DNA from: Acidobacteriota bacterium
GTDB taxonomy: Bacteria > Acidobacteriota > UBA6911 > RPQK01 > JAJDTT01
Length of the DNA: 64,000 nt
Assembly: GCA_965217775.1 (NCBI GenBank)
Contig: CBDCJH010000002.1
Span: forward strand, 1,472,001 to 1,536,000
Direction of reading: 5' to 3'
In this document: in pieces, positions 30,118 through 39,460 of the stretch
Position numbering within the stretch: the stretch's first letter is position 1
Layout of the letters: each line of letters opens with the position of its first letter
Notes under the pieces: model-generated
Told to the model about the DNA's origin: nothing
The model's input: only the letters and a program-made list of their open reading frames with translations
Database searches by the model: none
Made by a program: the position numbers and the translations under genes

Positions 30118-31545
30118 TTACGCCAGGATCTCTTTCACCACCCGCCCGTAGACGTCCGTGAGGCGGAAGTCGCGGCCGCTGTAGCGATAGGTCAACCTCT
30201 CATGGTCGAGGCCCAATAGATGGAGGATGGTGGCGTGCAAGTCATGGATATGCACCTTCTCGTCGACGGCCCGCAATCCGTACTCGTCGGTGACTCCGTG
30301 GACCATGCCTCCCCGCACACCCGCTCCGGCCATCCAGGTGCAGAACCCCTCGGGGTTGTGGCCCCGGCCGTATTGGGATTTGTCTCCAAAGGAAAAATCC
30401 TCGAAGTGGGGCGTTCGCCCGAACTCACCCGACCAGACCAGGAGCGTGTCGTCGAACAGTCCCCTGGCTTTGAGGTCCGTAATCAGGCCGGCTGTGGGCT
30501 TGTCTATGTTGGCGCACTTCTTGGGAAGACCCCTGCCAATGGCTTCGTGATGGTCCCAGCCACTTGAGGTGACCTGAATGAAGCGCACGCCGGCTTCGGC
30601 AAAGCGGCGGGCCAGCAGGCACTGGCGTCCGAACTCGTCGGTCTCTTTCTCGCCGATGCCATAGAGATCGAGCGTGGCCTTTGACTCGGAAGACAGGTCG
30701 ATGAGATCCGGAGCCTCCGACTGCATTCGAAACGCCAGCTCAAAGGATTGGATGAGGCCCTCCATCTGGCGGTCGGCCCGAACCTGATGCAGATGCGCCC
30801 GGTTCATCTGCTGAATGAAATCCACCTGATCGCGTTGCAACTCGGCCGGCAGGCTCGGATCCTCGAGATAGTGAAACACTGCCTTTTTGGCGCCCGTGGA
30901 ACGGCTGCCCAGGGCCGTTCCCTGGTAGATGGCGGGGAGGAACGAATTCCCGAAAAACTGGACGCTGCCGGTGTCGTGAAAAATGAGCGGACAGATGGTG
31001 ACGAAGCTGGGCAGGTTCCGGTTCTCGGTTCCCAGTCCGTACCCGATCCACGATCCCATTGACGGACGAACCAGGCGGGGATCACCGGTGTGGAGTTGCC
31101 TTGCCGCGGGAGCATGGGCTTCGCTGTCCGCCTGCATGGCACGGAGCAGACACAGCTCATCGGCGTGCTTCGCCATGTGGGGCAGCCAATCGGTCATCAT
31201 CAGCCCGGACTGTCCCTGAGGCCGCATCGGGGAGATCGGTCCCAACAGGCGGCTCAAATCCATCCCAACCCCATCAGGAATCTCGTAGGGAATGGCCTCT
31301 CCACTCTCTTTCGCCAGCCGCGGCTTGTAGTCGAACATGTCGAGCTGGGATGGGCCGCCCGCCATCCACATGAAAATCACGCGCTTAACGCGGGCAGGGA
31401 AGTGGGGAACCTTCGGCGACAGGGGTCCGGAGGCGGCCGCAGCCTGCTCGGTGCACATGGCCGCCAGCGCTACGGAGCCGAAGCCGCAAGCGGAGGATCG
31501 AAGAAAACGGCGGCGCGTCAAGTCTTGGTGAGGTGGGAGGGTCAT
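30118..31545 (-). CDS. DUF1501 domain protein (Tat)
   Basis: LTRRRFL; KRVIFMWMAGGPSQLDMFDYKP; GEFGRTP; HDLHATILHLLGLDHERLTY. Confidence 0.93.
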   Translation of the reverse strand: MTLPPHQDLTRRRFLRSSACGFGSVALAAMCTEQAAAASGPLSPKVPHFPARVKRVIFMWMAGGPSQLDMFDYKPRLAKESGEAIPYEIPDGVGMDLSRLLGPISPMRPQGQSGLMMTDWLPHMAKHADELCLLRAMQADSEAHAPAARQLHTGDPRLVRPSMGSWIGYGLGTENRNLPSFVTICPLIFHDTGSVQFFGNSFLPAIYQGTALGSRSTGAKKAVFHYLEDPSLPAELQRDQVDFIQQMNRAHLHQVRADRQMEGLIQSFELAFRMQSEAPDLIDLSSESKATLDLYGIGEKETDEFGRQCLLARRFAEAGVRFIQVTSSGWDHHEAIGRGLPKKCANIDKPTAGLITDLKARGLFDDTLLVWSGEFGRTPHFEDFSFGDKSQYGRGHNPEGFCTWMAGAGVRGGMVHGVTDEYGLRAVDEKVHIHDLHATILHLLGLDHERLTYRYSGRDFRLTDVYGRVVKEILA

Positions 31546-31551
31546 GGGGAA

Positions 31552-34122
31552 TTATCCTCGGAAAAGGAATTCGTTTGACGCAAACACGGAATGACAATAG
31601 CGAGCCCAGGCTTTCAGGCGCAGATTATCAGATGCCTCGGGCAGACGGCCCAGCTTCTCTTCGAAACTCGCGATGAAATCCAGCGCCCGGTTCACTTCCT
31701 GCTTCGTGGCGGGCCGGTTCAAGGCTTGCAGGAAAAAACCGGAGACACGCTTTTCGTCGTCCGGTCCCCCTTCCTCCAGAAGAGTGCGGGCCGTGAGAAG
31801 CGCCTGCTCGCGCAGGAAAGGAGAATTCATGAGATAGAGGCTCTGGGTGGGGACCGTGGTGACCGACCGGGATCCGATAGTCTGGTCGGGATCGGGGAAA
31901 TCGAAGAGATTCAGCATATCGAGCTGCGGGAGCTGATTCTTTCGCAGGGAGGGCAGGTAAATCGTTCGTCGATACAGGAACTGTTCGTTCACTTTGGCGT
32001 CCTGCCTCAGAGCCGTGGGAAAACCCAACTCGATGCTCTCGGGGATGTCCAGGGGCAGGGTAGGGCCTCCCCGGGTACGGTCCAGGGCTCCACTGATGGC
32101 CAGCACGGAATCGCGAAAGGATTCCGCCTCCAGCCGGCGGCGATTGGTCCGCCACAGCAGGCGGTTGTCCGGGTCGACCTCGTGCCCTTTCAGCTTGTGA
32201 CGGCTGGCCTGGCGGTAGGTTCGCGTGAGAACGATTTCCCGGATCATGCGCTTGACGGACCATTCCTGCTCGACAAAACGGGAGGCGAGGTGGTCGAGCA
32301 ATTCCGGATGGCTGGGAGGCTCTCCTCCCGCGCCGAAATTGTCGACCGTTCGGACCAGGCCGGTGCCGAAGAGATGGTGCCAAATCCGGTTGACCATGAC
32401 TCTGGACAGCAGGCGGTGCTGCGGGTCGATGAGCCACTCGGCCAGCTCCAGGCGGCCACTCGATTTCTGGAATCCCTCATACAACCCTTTCAGATTTCGA
32501 TGGCTGTCGATTCGACCGGCCGGCGAGGGCGAAGCCACTGATAGAAATCCGCGCGGAACTTCTTCGCCAAGGTTGTGCGGGTCCCCACCGACGTTGACGT
32601 GACAGTCTTCGGGGACCTCCCGATCCTGGACGGCGATCGCCATTGCCGGACCCGGTCTGCGGAACTCCAGCAGTCTGATCCGGTCCTTCGCTTCCTTGAG
32701 CTTCTTCTCGATTTCCTTGATTTCTTTCTCGAGCTCCTCGTTGGTTTCGGTTCCTGCCTCTTCGAGCGCCTTCTGTTGGTCGGTCAAGCGCTTCTTTTCG
32801 GATTCGACGGCTTCGTACTCACTCAGGTACTTGTCCAGGGCCTCCTGATATTCCTCCGTGGCCAGGGCGCGTTTCCTCAGCTCGGACGGGGTCTCCGGCA
32901 GCAACACCCGGTTGACGTCGCTGAAACCGCCGCTCATGCGGCCGTTGAGCGTTCGAGTACTTCGGAATATTCCCGCCAGTGCATAGTATTCGCGGGTGGA
33001 GATGGGATCGAATTTGTGGTCGTGGCAGCGCGCGCAACCGAGGGTCAATCCCTGAAGGGCCCGGCCCAGGGTATCGAGTTGGTGGTCCACGACATCCATG
33101 CGGAGTTTCTCTTTGTCGGCGTCCACGACCGCCCAGGGCCCGATGGCCAGGAAGCCCGTGGCCACGATCTGCTCACGGCGCTGGTCGTCGGTTTTCCAGG
33201 GCAGGACATCTCCCGAGATCTGCTCTTGAACGAAGCGATCGTAGGGCTTGTCGGAATTGAACGCATTGATGACGTAGTCGCGATATCTCCAAGCCTCCCT
33301 TGCCGGGATGCGGCGACCCTGGCCCAGGCTGTCAGCATAGCTCGTCAAATCTAGCCAGTGCCGTCCCCAGCGTTCGCCGAATCCAGGAGATCGAAGAAGC
33401 CGATCGACGACCTTCTCGAAGGCAAGGTCGGAATCGTCGTTGACGAATGACTCAATGTCTTCGGGCTCCGGAGGGAGGCCGATGAGATCAAAGTGAACCC
33501 GTCGTAACAAGGTGTAACGGTCAGCGTCGGCGGACGGGTTCAGACCCTCGGCCTCCAGCTTCTGCAGAATGAAGTTGTCAATGGGATCGGCAGGCCAGGA
33601 TTTGTCCCGGACCGCGGGCGGGGAGGCCTTCTGCGCCGGCTTCCAGGCCCAATAACTCTGACTCGCGGCTAGTTTCTTGTGCTCGTTGGCGGTCTTGACG
33701 CCGCTGGCAACGTCAGATTCCGGCCAGGGCGCACCCATCTCGATCCATTTGACCAGCACCTCGATCTGATCCTCCGATAACCTTCCGGCCGGAGGCATTT
33801 CAAGGTTCTTGTATCGGACTGCTTGAATAAGAGGGCTTGAGTTCGGGTCGCCGGGGACGATTGACGGCCCCCGAATGCCTCCATTCAGCAAGGCGTCCCG
33901 ACCGTCCACGCGCAAGTTCGAGTACAGGATCTTGGCCTGCTCGCTGTGGCACTCGTAGCAGTTTCTTGCGAGTAGCGGCCTGACCTTGGACTCGAAGAAC
34001 TCGGCCTGTTCGGTTGTGGGCCGGACACCCAGAAGAGCACTAGCAGTGAGCAATATGATTCCTAGTATCGCCGCGAGACGTCGCAAGAACGGGTGGGCAA
34101 CGTCTCGTCGGCAGGGGCTCAC
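31552..34122 (-). CDS. PSD1/planctomycete cytochrome c domain protein (PSCyt1 + DUF1549 + DUF1553)
   Basis: NCYECH, GERWGRHWLD, CARCHDHKFDP, PSHPELLDHLA, RRLEAE. Confidence 0.93.
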   Translation of the reverse strand: MSPCRRDVAHPFLRRLAAILGIILLTASALLGVRPTTEQAEFFESKVRPLLARNCYECHSEQAKILYSNLRVDGRDALLNGGIRGPSIVPGDPNSSPLIQAVRYKNLEMPPAGRLSEDQIEVLVKWIEMGAPWPESDVASGVKTANEHKKLAASQSYWAWKPAQKASPPAVRDKSWPADPIDNFILQKLEAEGLNPSADADRYTLLRRVHFDLIGLPPEPEDIESFVNDDSDLAFEKVVDRLLRSPGFGERWGRHWLDLTSYADSLGQGRRIPAREAWRYRDYVINAFNSDKPYDRFVQEQISGDVLPWKTDDQRREQIVATGFLAIGPWAVVDADKEKLRMDVVDHQLDTLGRALQGLTLGCARCHDHKFDPISTREYYALAGIFRSTRTLNGRMSGGFSDVNRVLLPETPSELRKRALATEEYQEALDKYLSEYEAVESEKKRLTDQQKALEEAGTETNEELEKEIKEIEKKLKEAKDRIRLLEFRRPGPAMAIAVQDREVPEDCHVNVGGDPHNLGEEVPRGFLSVASPSPAGRIDSHRNLKGLYEGFQKSSGRLELAEWLIDPQHRLLSRVMVNRIWHHLFGTGLVRTVDNFGAGGEPPSHPELLDHLASRFVEQEWSVKRMIREIVLTRTYRQASRHKLKGHEVDPDNRLLWRTNRRRLEAESFRDSVLAISGALDRTRGGPTLPLDIPESIELGFPTALRQDAKVNEQFLYRRTIYLPSLRKNQLPQLDMLNLFDFPDPDQTIGSRSVTTVPTQSLYLMNSPFLREQALLTARTLLEEGGPDDEKRVSGFFLQALNRPATKQEVNRALDFIASFEEKLGRLPEASDNLRLKAWARYCHSVFASNEFLFRG

Positions 34123-34348
34123 CTGAAATCATCCCCCGGAATCTGTCCGATATGGCTGGCGTGAACAGAAAATATTCTGCAACAGCAATAAACTATCAGA
34201 ATGCTACCTTCAATGCCTGGCTCCGGCAACTGGCCGGTTGTGGGTTAAAGACATCTGTCCATCCACATGTCGACGTTGGACGATATGAGACTTGCTCAAA
34301 CCGATATTGAAACCTGCCGACCGGAGTCTGGTAACCAGTATAATCAGG

Positions 34349-34375
34349 CGGGAATAGGGGACAATCACCGTGTCT
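34349..34375. repeat. Degenerate copy of the 23-bp palindrome (family A)
   Basis: cgggaataggggacaatcaccgtgtct versus cgggagaaggggacagtcaccttctct (22/27). Confidence 0.45.
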
Positions 34376-34608
34376 ACCGCTGTGCTCGCTCCGGCGGCGC
34401 TCTTCTTCCCTAAAGCGGCATACAAGCCATATGGGTGGGTCCCACAAGTTGTCATGGTACAACCGACAGGCGTGTCGGCCCCATTGCGGCCCTGGCTTCG
34501 GTGATATCGCTTCCATCATTCGAAGCGTGGCTACGAAATCGGGTCGAGCCCTATCCTTTTCCCTACTAACAATCGGTTCGGCACTCCATCTAAGTATTCC
34601 TAACTTCT

Positions 34609-36387
34609 TCAGGGTACAGGTTCCCTCCTGAAATCATCTAGACCCGAAAGAAGGGAAAGCATGCTCTCCGGGATCTCGTCTTTCCTCATCACCCTCACAA
34701 TGGTCAGAGCTGTTAAGGTCACGGAATAGCGTTCTTGCAGCTCTTGATTGAGCGCTGCAAGGAGTTGCTTGCCTGGCACTATGCGAAGACGCCCTTCGAG
34801 ATTCTGCCAGACTGTATCGAGTTCCTCCAGAGTCTTCTCAGCGATTGTCGCCGAATCTAGCTTCGAATTGGTTTTCCTCAAGAACTTATCTCTCTTGGTT
34901 ACGTACTGAACCTCAATTTTTCTCTTCATGCTGCCAGAAAGCATTCGAAGCATCTTCTCAACATCGCCACAACTCTGTTCCTCCATACTGCTTCTTTTTG
35001 CCCGTTCTTGGACTTTCCTTGTAAGGGCACGTTGCATCGCGCTGGGTACAAGTAGGTAGTTCTCGATCTCTTTGCACTCATGGATGTGTGCAAGCGAAGC
35101 GAACGTACGGAACTCCCGTAATTGTTGTTTTACTTCCTCGTCTGATCGGAAATCCCTGTCAAGAATGACGGCCTTCAACACCTTCACTCCCAGCGTGGCT
35201 TCAATCCCTGACGACAAATCCTTTATACGTTTGGGATTGAATCCACCGACAGGTATGATGGCGAAATCCGACTGATTTGCGACAGACTGGATGCCCACCC
35301 TTCTTGAGAATGCCGCCAGCAACTTGAAATCTTTCCCTTCGACGAAGACGACCCTTCTTGACTTGGCAAGTTGAGTTAAGGTCGGATTTAGATTCGATCC
35401 AAGCACCTCGAAGATCGGCGGCAGTTGCAGTTGACTCTTTATTCTCCTGGCGCTGCGTTTCCTTTTGTCAACCACTAACAGGTCGCCAGGATTGGCCTCT
35501 GAGATGATCTCTGTGGAGTGCGTAGCAAGCAGTACATCGGGAGTGGAATTCCTTAGGACCTCTACGAGTTGGCGCTGCAGGTCTGAATGGAGATATATGT
35601 CCGGTTCATCGATTACCAAGAGGGACGCTTCACGAGCCCGAACAATATAAGTAAGCATCTGACACCATACCTGAAAGCCGAATCCGGACCAGAAAATCTC
35701 TCTCGGGTATCTATTTTCAGGACAAAACATATACAGAAGTCGTTTCTTGTATGAGTAATCCACTTGTATCTGGGGCCGCTCGACATCCATGCCAGGCCAA
35801 GTCTCATTCACTAGGGCGCGGAATTCCTCAAACTCGTTCGGGTAGTGGTACCAGATATTCCTGAAATTCCTAGATGCCCGGTGTGTAAGTAAAGCTAGAC
35901 GTGCTGCCTCTTTTTTGTACAGCCTTTCGTTGTGTTCGACTGGGCCTAGCACAGGGACGAATCTGATCGTGGCATCGTAGACTTTCCTGAACTTACTAGG
36001 TGTCCAAACACGCTTTCCTTGGGGAATGGAAACCAAATAGCATAAGTTGTTCTCAGGGAAGATTAACCGCAGCTTGTCCTTTGACGCCAGAGTGAACTCT
36101 ATTGTAGCTGGTTTGGAGTCGTCGTAGTCAGTAAAAATCGCTTCCGAGGCCAACGGCAAGTCGCTAAGCGGAACTTGGTAGCCCCATGATCGGATGGACT
36201 CGTGAGACTTCGGCTTTCTGGAGTTCGCGATCCTCATGCCTTCTGACAGGATTCGAAACGCGCCGATGATGGTTGATTTGCCTGAGTTGTTCGGTCCGAC
36301 TAGGACGTTAAAATCCTTTAGGGTAACCGAAAATTGCCGAAAGGCCTTGTACCTTGAAAAGACGACTCGGGTAAATTGATTCATCAC
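34609..36387 (-). CDS. OLD-family-like ABC ATPase-Toprim nuclease
   Basis: Walker A GPNNSGKS, Walker B/D-loop LVIDEPDIYLH, ATHS H-loop; Toprim VFVEG..D, LDRD, KEIENYL; AT-richer than its flanks. Confidence 0.82.
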   Translation of the reverse strand: MMNQFTRVVFSRYKAFRQFSVTLKDFNVLVGPNNSGKSTIIGAFRILSEGMRIANSRKPKSHESIRSWGYQVPLSDLPLASEAIFTDYDDSKPATIEFTLASKDKLRLIFPENNLCYLVSIPQGKRVWTPSKFRKVYDATIRFVPVLGPVEHNERLYKKEAARLALLTHRASRNFRNIWYHYPNEFEEFRALVNETWPGMDVERPQIQVDYSYKKRLLYMFCPENRYPREIFWSGFGFQVWCQMLTYIVRAREASLLVIDEPDIYLHSDLQRQLVEVLRNSTPDVLLATHSTEIISEANPGDLLVVDKRKRSARRIKSQLQLPPIFEVLGSNLNPTLTQLAKSRRVVFVEGKDFKLLAAFSRRVGIQSVANQSDFAIIPVGGFNPKRIKDLSSGIEATLGVKVLKAVILDRDFRSDEEVKQQLREFRTFASLAHIHECKEIENYLLVPSAMQRALTRKVQERAKRSSMEEQSCGDVEKMLRMLSGSMKRKIEVQYVTKRDKFLRKTNSKLDSATIAEKTLEELDTVWQNLEGRLRIVPGKQLLAALNQELQERYSVTLTALTIVRVMRKDEIPESMLSLLSGLDDFRREPVP

Positions 36388-36529
36388 TTTGTCGACTCTG
36401 TGTCGGACTTAAGTTTTGGGGATGGAGGGATGGTTACCTTCGATGCTACCGGCGTTATGAAAAGTCGGCGGCGGCAGAGCCGATGATTGCGTTAGCTTAA
36501 ACATCGCGCCTTCGGATGCGACATACAAT

Positions 36530-39037
36530 TCACCGGATCTGAAATCCGTAGAGATCAGAATTCTGAATGAAAAACCGAAGACGAACCGGTTGGCCCCGTA
36601 TCGCTGCCAGATCCGAGTTTCCGCGCCACGCGACCTTTTGCTGAGTGCTGTCGAAAGCCTCCAATTGACACTCCGTCCGGCCGTAACCCGGCAGAGGCCT
36701 GCCTCCTTCGTCCAAGACCTCCACCACAACTCGACCCTCGCTGGCTGCGGCATTCACCGTCAATCGGCTCCCCTGGAAGATCAACGGGTGGGTCGTCAGC
36801 ACACCTTCCTGTTCCCCGGCCCGCCTCGATGCGAACCCATTGGTGCGAAACTCCACCCGGAACGGCACGATTTCGTACTCCCGGCTCTTCTCCACGTGGT
36901 TACTCCGATTCTGCCCCGTGTTCGCCTCCAACTCGGCCCAGAAGGCCTCCCGTATTTCCTCCATCGTCTGGCTGCACCGAGGTCGTCGCCAGCTCCAGAA
37001 GCAGTCGTACATGGCCCATCCCGGCCCCACCGGCGCCGGCGGCGACAGGTAGGGTCGCCCGTTGTAGGTCTTCTCGTCGAAGATCTTGGAGGCCGGCACC
37101 GGAGGATCATCCAGCCCACCCCGCAACCGGCTCAGGATCCAGGCGTTGAAGTGCAGGGTGTTCGTCCCGTGGTAGAAAGCCTCGGACCGGTCCCCCTCCA
37201 CCGGACCGTCGATGAGGCTGTAGACGATCCCATGATCGAAGCTGCCGTCGGGTCCATTGGGGATCCAGGCTTGGTCCCCTCCCACATCCTCCCAGTGGAT
37301 CCCGTTCCGGCTTACCCAGATATGGACATCCATCTGCTGCGTCTCGCAATCGTAGAGGGGAAAGAACGCCACGTAGAGGTCGCCGATCTGCTTCACCCGC
37401 TGCATTCCGTAACTCTGGTGCTTCGGATGTTCCCGCGGCGGTGCCCAGATGTAGCTGCGGTGCCAGTTCACGCCGTCTCGCGTGGTCATGCGCCCCAAGT
37501 TCCGCGAGACCGCCCATTTGTTGTCGTATCGCACCAGCCCCCGCCCCTTGGCCGGAGGATGCGGGGCGAAGTACAACACCAGCTCACCCGTCCGCTCGTC
37601 GTAGAACATGGGTCCGAGGTTGTCGTTGGGGTTGTCCAACGACTCCAACTGCGAGTGATGCCGCATGAAGGGCCGTTCCGTGGTGAGATACCGGACCCCA
37701 TCCGAGTCCCGGACCATCAGGTACGTTCCCCGGAGGAAGAACATGTCTTCGGTCTTGGGGGTGAAGACCATGCTGGCGGTTCGAAGATCAGGCACCCCGC
37801 GAGTCCGGTAATCCCACAGTCCCCCGAAGTTTCCGCTCGCTTCCACGTTGCTCCCGCGGGGAATGATCTCCAGAATGTTGTTGGCCCGGGATCCCTCGAA
37901 CTCCACCAGACCCAGATCCGGTTTGGTCCAACGCACGCCGTCGCTGGAGACGGCCAGCAACCGATAGCGGCTCAGGCTGATGTATTCCAGTTCGTATCGG
38001 TTCTCCTTCTCGTTGAATTCGTATCTCGACCCTACGGGCACCATGACCGCGTGCCCCTCCCAGGGGCGGTCCGCACGGACAAGCGGTTGAGCGTCCAGCT
38101 TGCGAGCCGGATGGAAGACCCGCTGGAGATTCTGCTGTTCGTCGATCAGGAAGTCGTCCAGGAACAACTGGGGCGCCACCGGGATCTCGATTGGCGGCTC
38201 CGGTTTGGGCGGCGGACCGTTCCGGAACACGTAGAGAGCCCGGCGGACACCGTCGTCCCAGAGACGGCCGTCGATCCGGGGCCGGACCCGAACGTGATAG
38301 GTCGCTGACTCCAGGTCGGTCAGGTCGAAGGCCACCCGGATCTTGTCCCGGGTCAGGCGGACCGGAGTGGAGGAGGATCGCCGGCTGCCGGTCCGGGCTT
38401 CAACGAGATCCACTTCGACCGGCAGCTCCGTGACGGGTGCGCCTTTCTCCAGCCAGAGCTCCGCCTCGGCCGCGTTGTCGTCGATGTAGGCCAAGCGGTC
38501 CAGGTCCGATCCCACCCAGTTCTGGACCGGGAGCCGCAGGTCGGTCGTGAACAGGGTCTCGCCATCCCGCACCCGTCTTGCCATGACGGTCACGAGATAT
38601 TTGCCCGGGTCCTGGGTATCGACCCACCAGCCGGTGCGCAAGGGACGCCAGCTCCTGGCCTGAGGCCCCTTTCGGGTGTAGGCGGGGATCGGACGATAGG
38701 GTCCGTGGGCGAGCAGGGGCCCCAGATCGAACACGACTTGAGCATCTTCCGGACCTGGTTCCAGAAGTCGACGGAGGGTTCGAGCTCCCCCCGCCGGATA
38801 CCCCACCGATACCTGCAGCTCGACGGCGTCCTGGGCTCCGTATTGGAATTGGAGCCGGTGGCTGGCCTTGCCGGCGTAGGTCAGTTGGAATCCGGATGGA
38901 CCCGGATCCTCTGCTTTCGGCTGCACGAGGTAGGGGGTCAGGTCGACGGGAGTGGGCGAGTCCTGGGAACGCACATCCTGTGCCAGGCACAGGCAGACCA
39001 GGATCGGGGCCACGAGCCAACGGGTGTTCGTCATCAT
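36530..39037 (-). CDS. Secreted beta-propeller glycoside hydrolase-like protein
   Basis: Signal peptide; QLFLDD, ADRPWEG, S.DG..W repeats; C-terminal domain like that of 15047-16699. Confidence 0.7.
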   Translation of the reverse strand: MMTNTRWLVAPILVCLCLAQDVRSQDSPTPVDLTPYLVQPKAEDPGPSGFQLTYAGKASHRLQFQYGAQDAVELQVSVGYPAGGARTLRRLLEPGPEDAQVVFDLGPLLAHGPYRPIPAYTRKGPQARSWRPLRTGWWVDTQDPGKYLVTVMARRVRDGETLFTTDLRLPVQNWVGSDLDRLAYIDDNAAEAELWLEKGAPVTELPVEVDLVEARTGSRRSSSTPVRLTRDKIRVAFDLTDLESATYHVRVRPRIDGRLWDDGVRRALYVFRNGPPPKPEPPIEIPVAPQLFLDDFLIDEQQNLQRVFHPARKLDAQPLVRADRPWEGHAVMVPVGSRYEFNEKENRYELEYISLSRYRLLAVSSDGVRWTKPDLGLVEFEGSRANNILEIIPRGSNVEASGNFGGLWDYRTRGVPDLRTASMVFTPKTEDMFFLRGTYLMVRDSDGVRYLTTERPFMRHHSQLESLDNPNDNLGPMFYDERTGELVLYFAPHPPAKGRGLVRYDNKWAVSRNLGRMTTRDGVNWHRSYIWAPPREHPKHQSYGMQRVKQIGDLYVAFFPLYDCETQQMDVHIWVSRNGIHWEDVGGDQAWIPNGPDGSFDHGIVYSLIDGPVEGDRSEAFYHGTNTLHFNAWILSRLRGGLDDPPVPASKIFDEKTYNGRPYLSPPAPVGPGWAMYDCFWSWRRPRCSQTMEEIREAFWAELEANTGQNRSNHVEKSREYEIVPFRVEFRTNGFASRRAGEQEGVLTTHPLIFQGSRLTVNAAASEGRVVVEVLDEGGRPLPGYGRTECQLEAFDSTQQKVAWRGNSDLAAIRGQPVRLRFFIQNSDLYGFQIR

Positions 39038-39210
39038 TACGGATCCTCCGCAGATCGTTGAGCCTTCGGATTCGGCGATCCCGGCTCGGACTCCTTCGGT
39101 GGTGAACGTCCCACGGTACGGGGACCGCGGTGTGGGTTTCCGGACCAAGTGAGGCACGGGAGCATTCTAGCCCGTATGGGGTCGAGCGGCTATGACGTCC
39201 GCCAGGATAG

Positions 39211-39448
39211 GGATAGCGGCAGCTTTCTTGCCGCCGATTAGGGGGTAGGGGGGATGGAGGTCCCCCCGGTCAGTCCGGAGCAGGCGACAAGAAAGTCGCC
39301 TGTCCCAGTGGGCGGCAAGAAAGCCGCCCCTCCTAGCGGGCGACAAGAAAGTCGCTCCCCCCCAGCGGGTGACAGGAAAATCACCTCTTCCAGAGGGCTG
39401 AAAGAAAATCGCCTCCCAATGGGGGACAAGAATGTCGTCCCTCCAATC
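39211..39448. repeat. Tandem array of about 28-bp REP-like hairpins (family B)
   Basis: Six head-to-tail units from 39281 (GGCGACAAGAAAGTCGCC core) plus an inverted copy near 39216. Confidence 0.8.
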
Positions 39449-39460
39449 GGGTAGTCTTTA

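Noticed and set aside
34122-34609. Possible retron ncRNA or partner gene beside the OLD-like nuclease
   Set aside because: No reverse transcriptase nearby and no convincing ORF or msr/msd inverted repeats seen.
39281-39448. Possible CRISPR array
   Set aside because: Period is only about 28 bp with ~10-nt similar linkers, the repeats are degenerate and no cas genes are present; better explained as tandem REPs.
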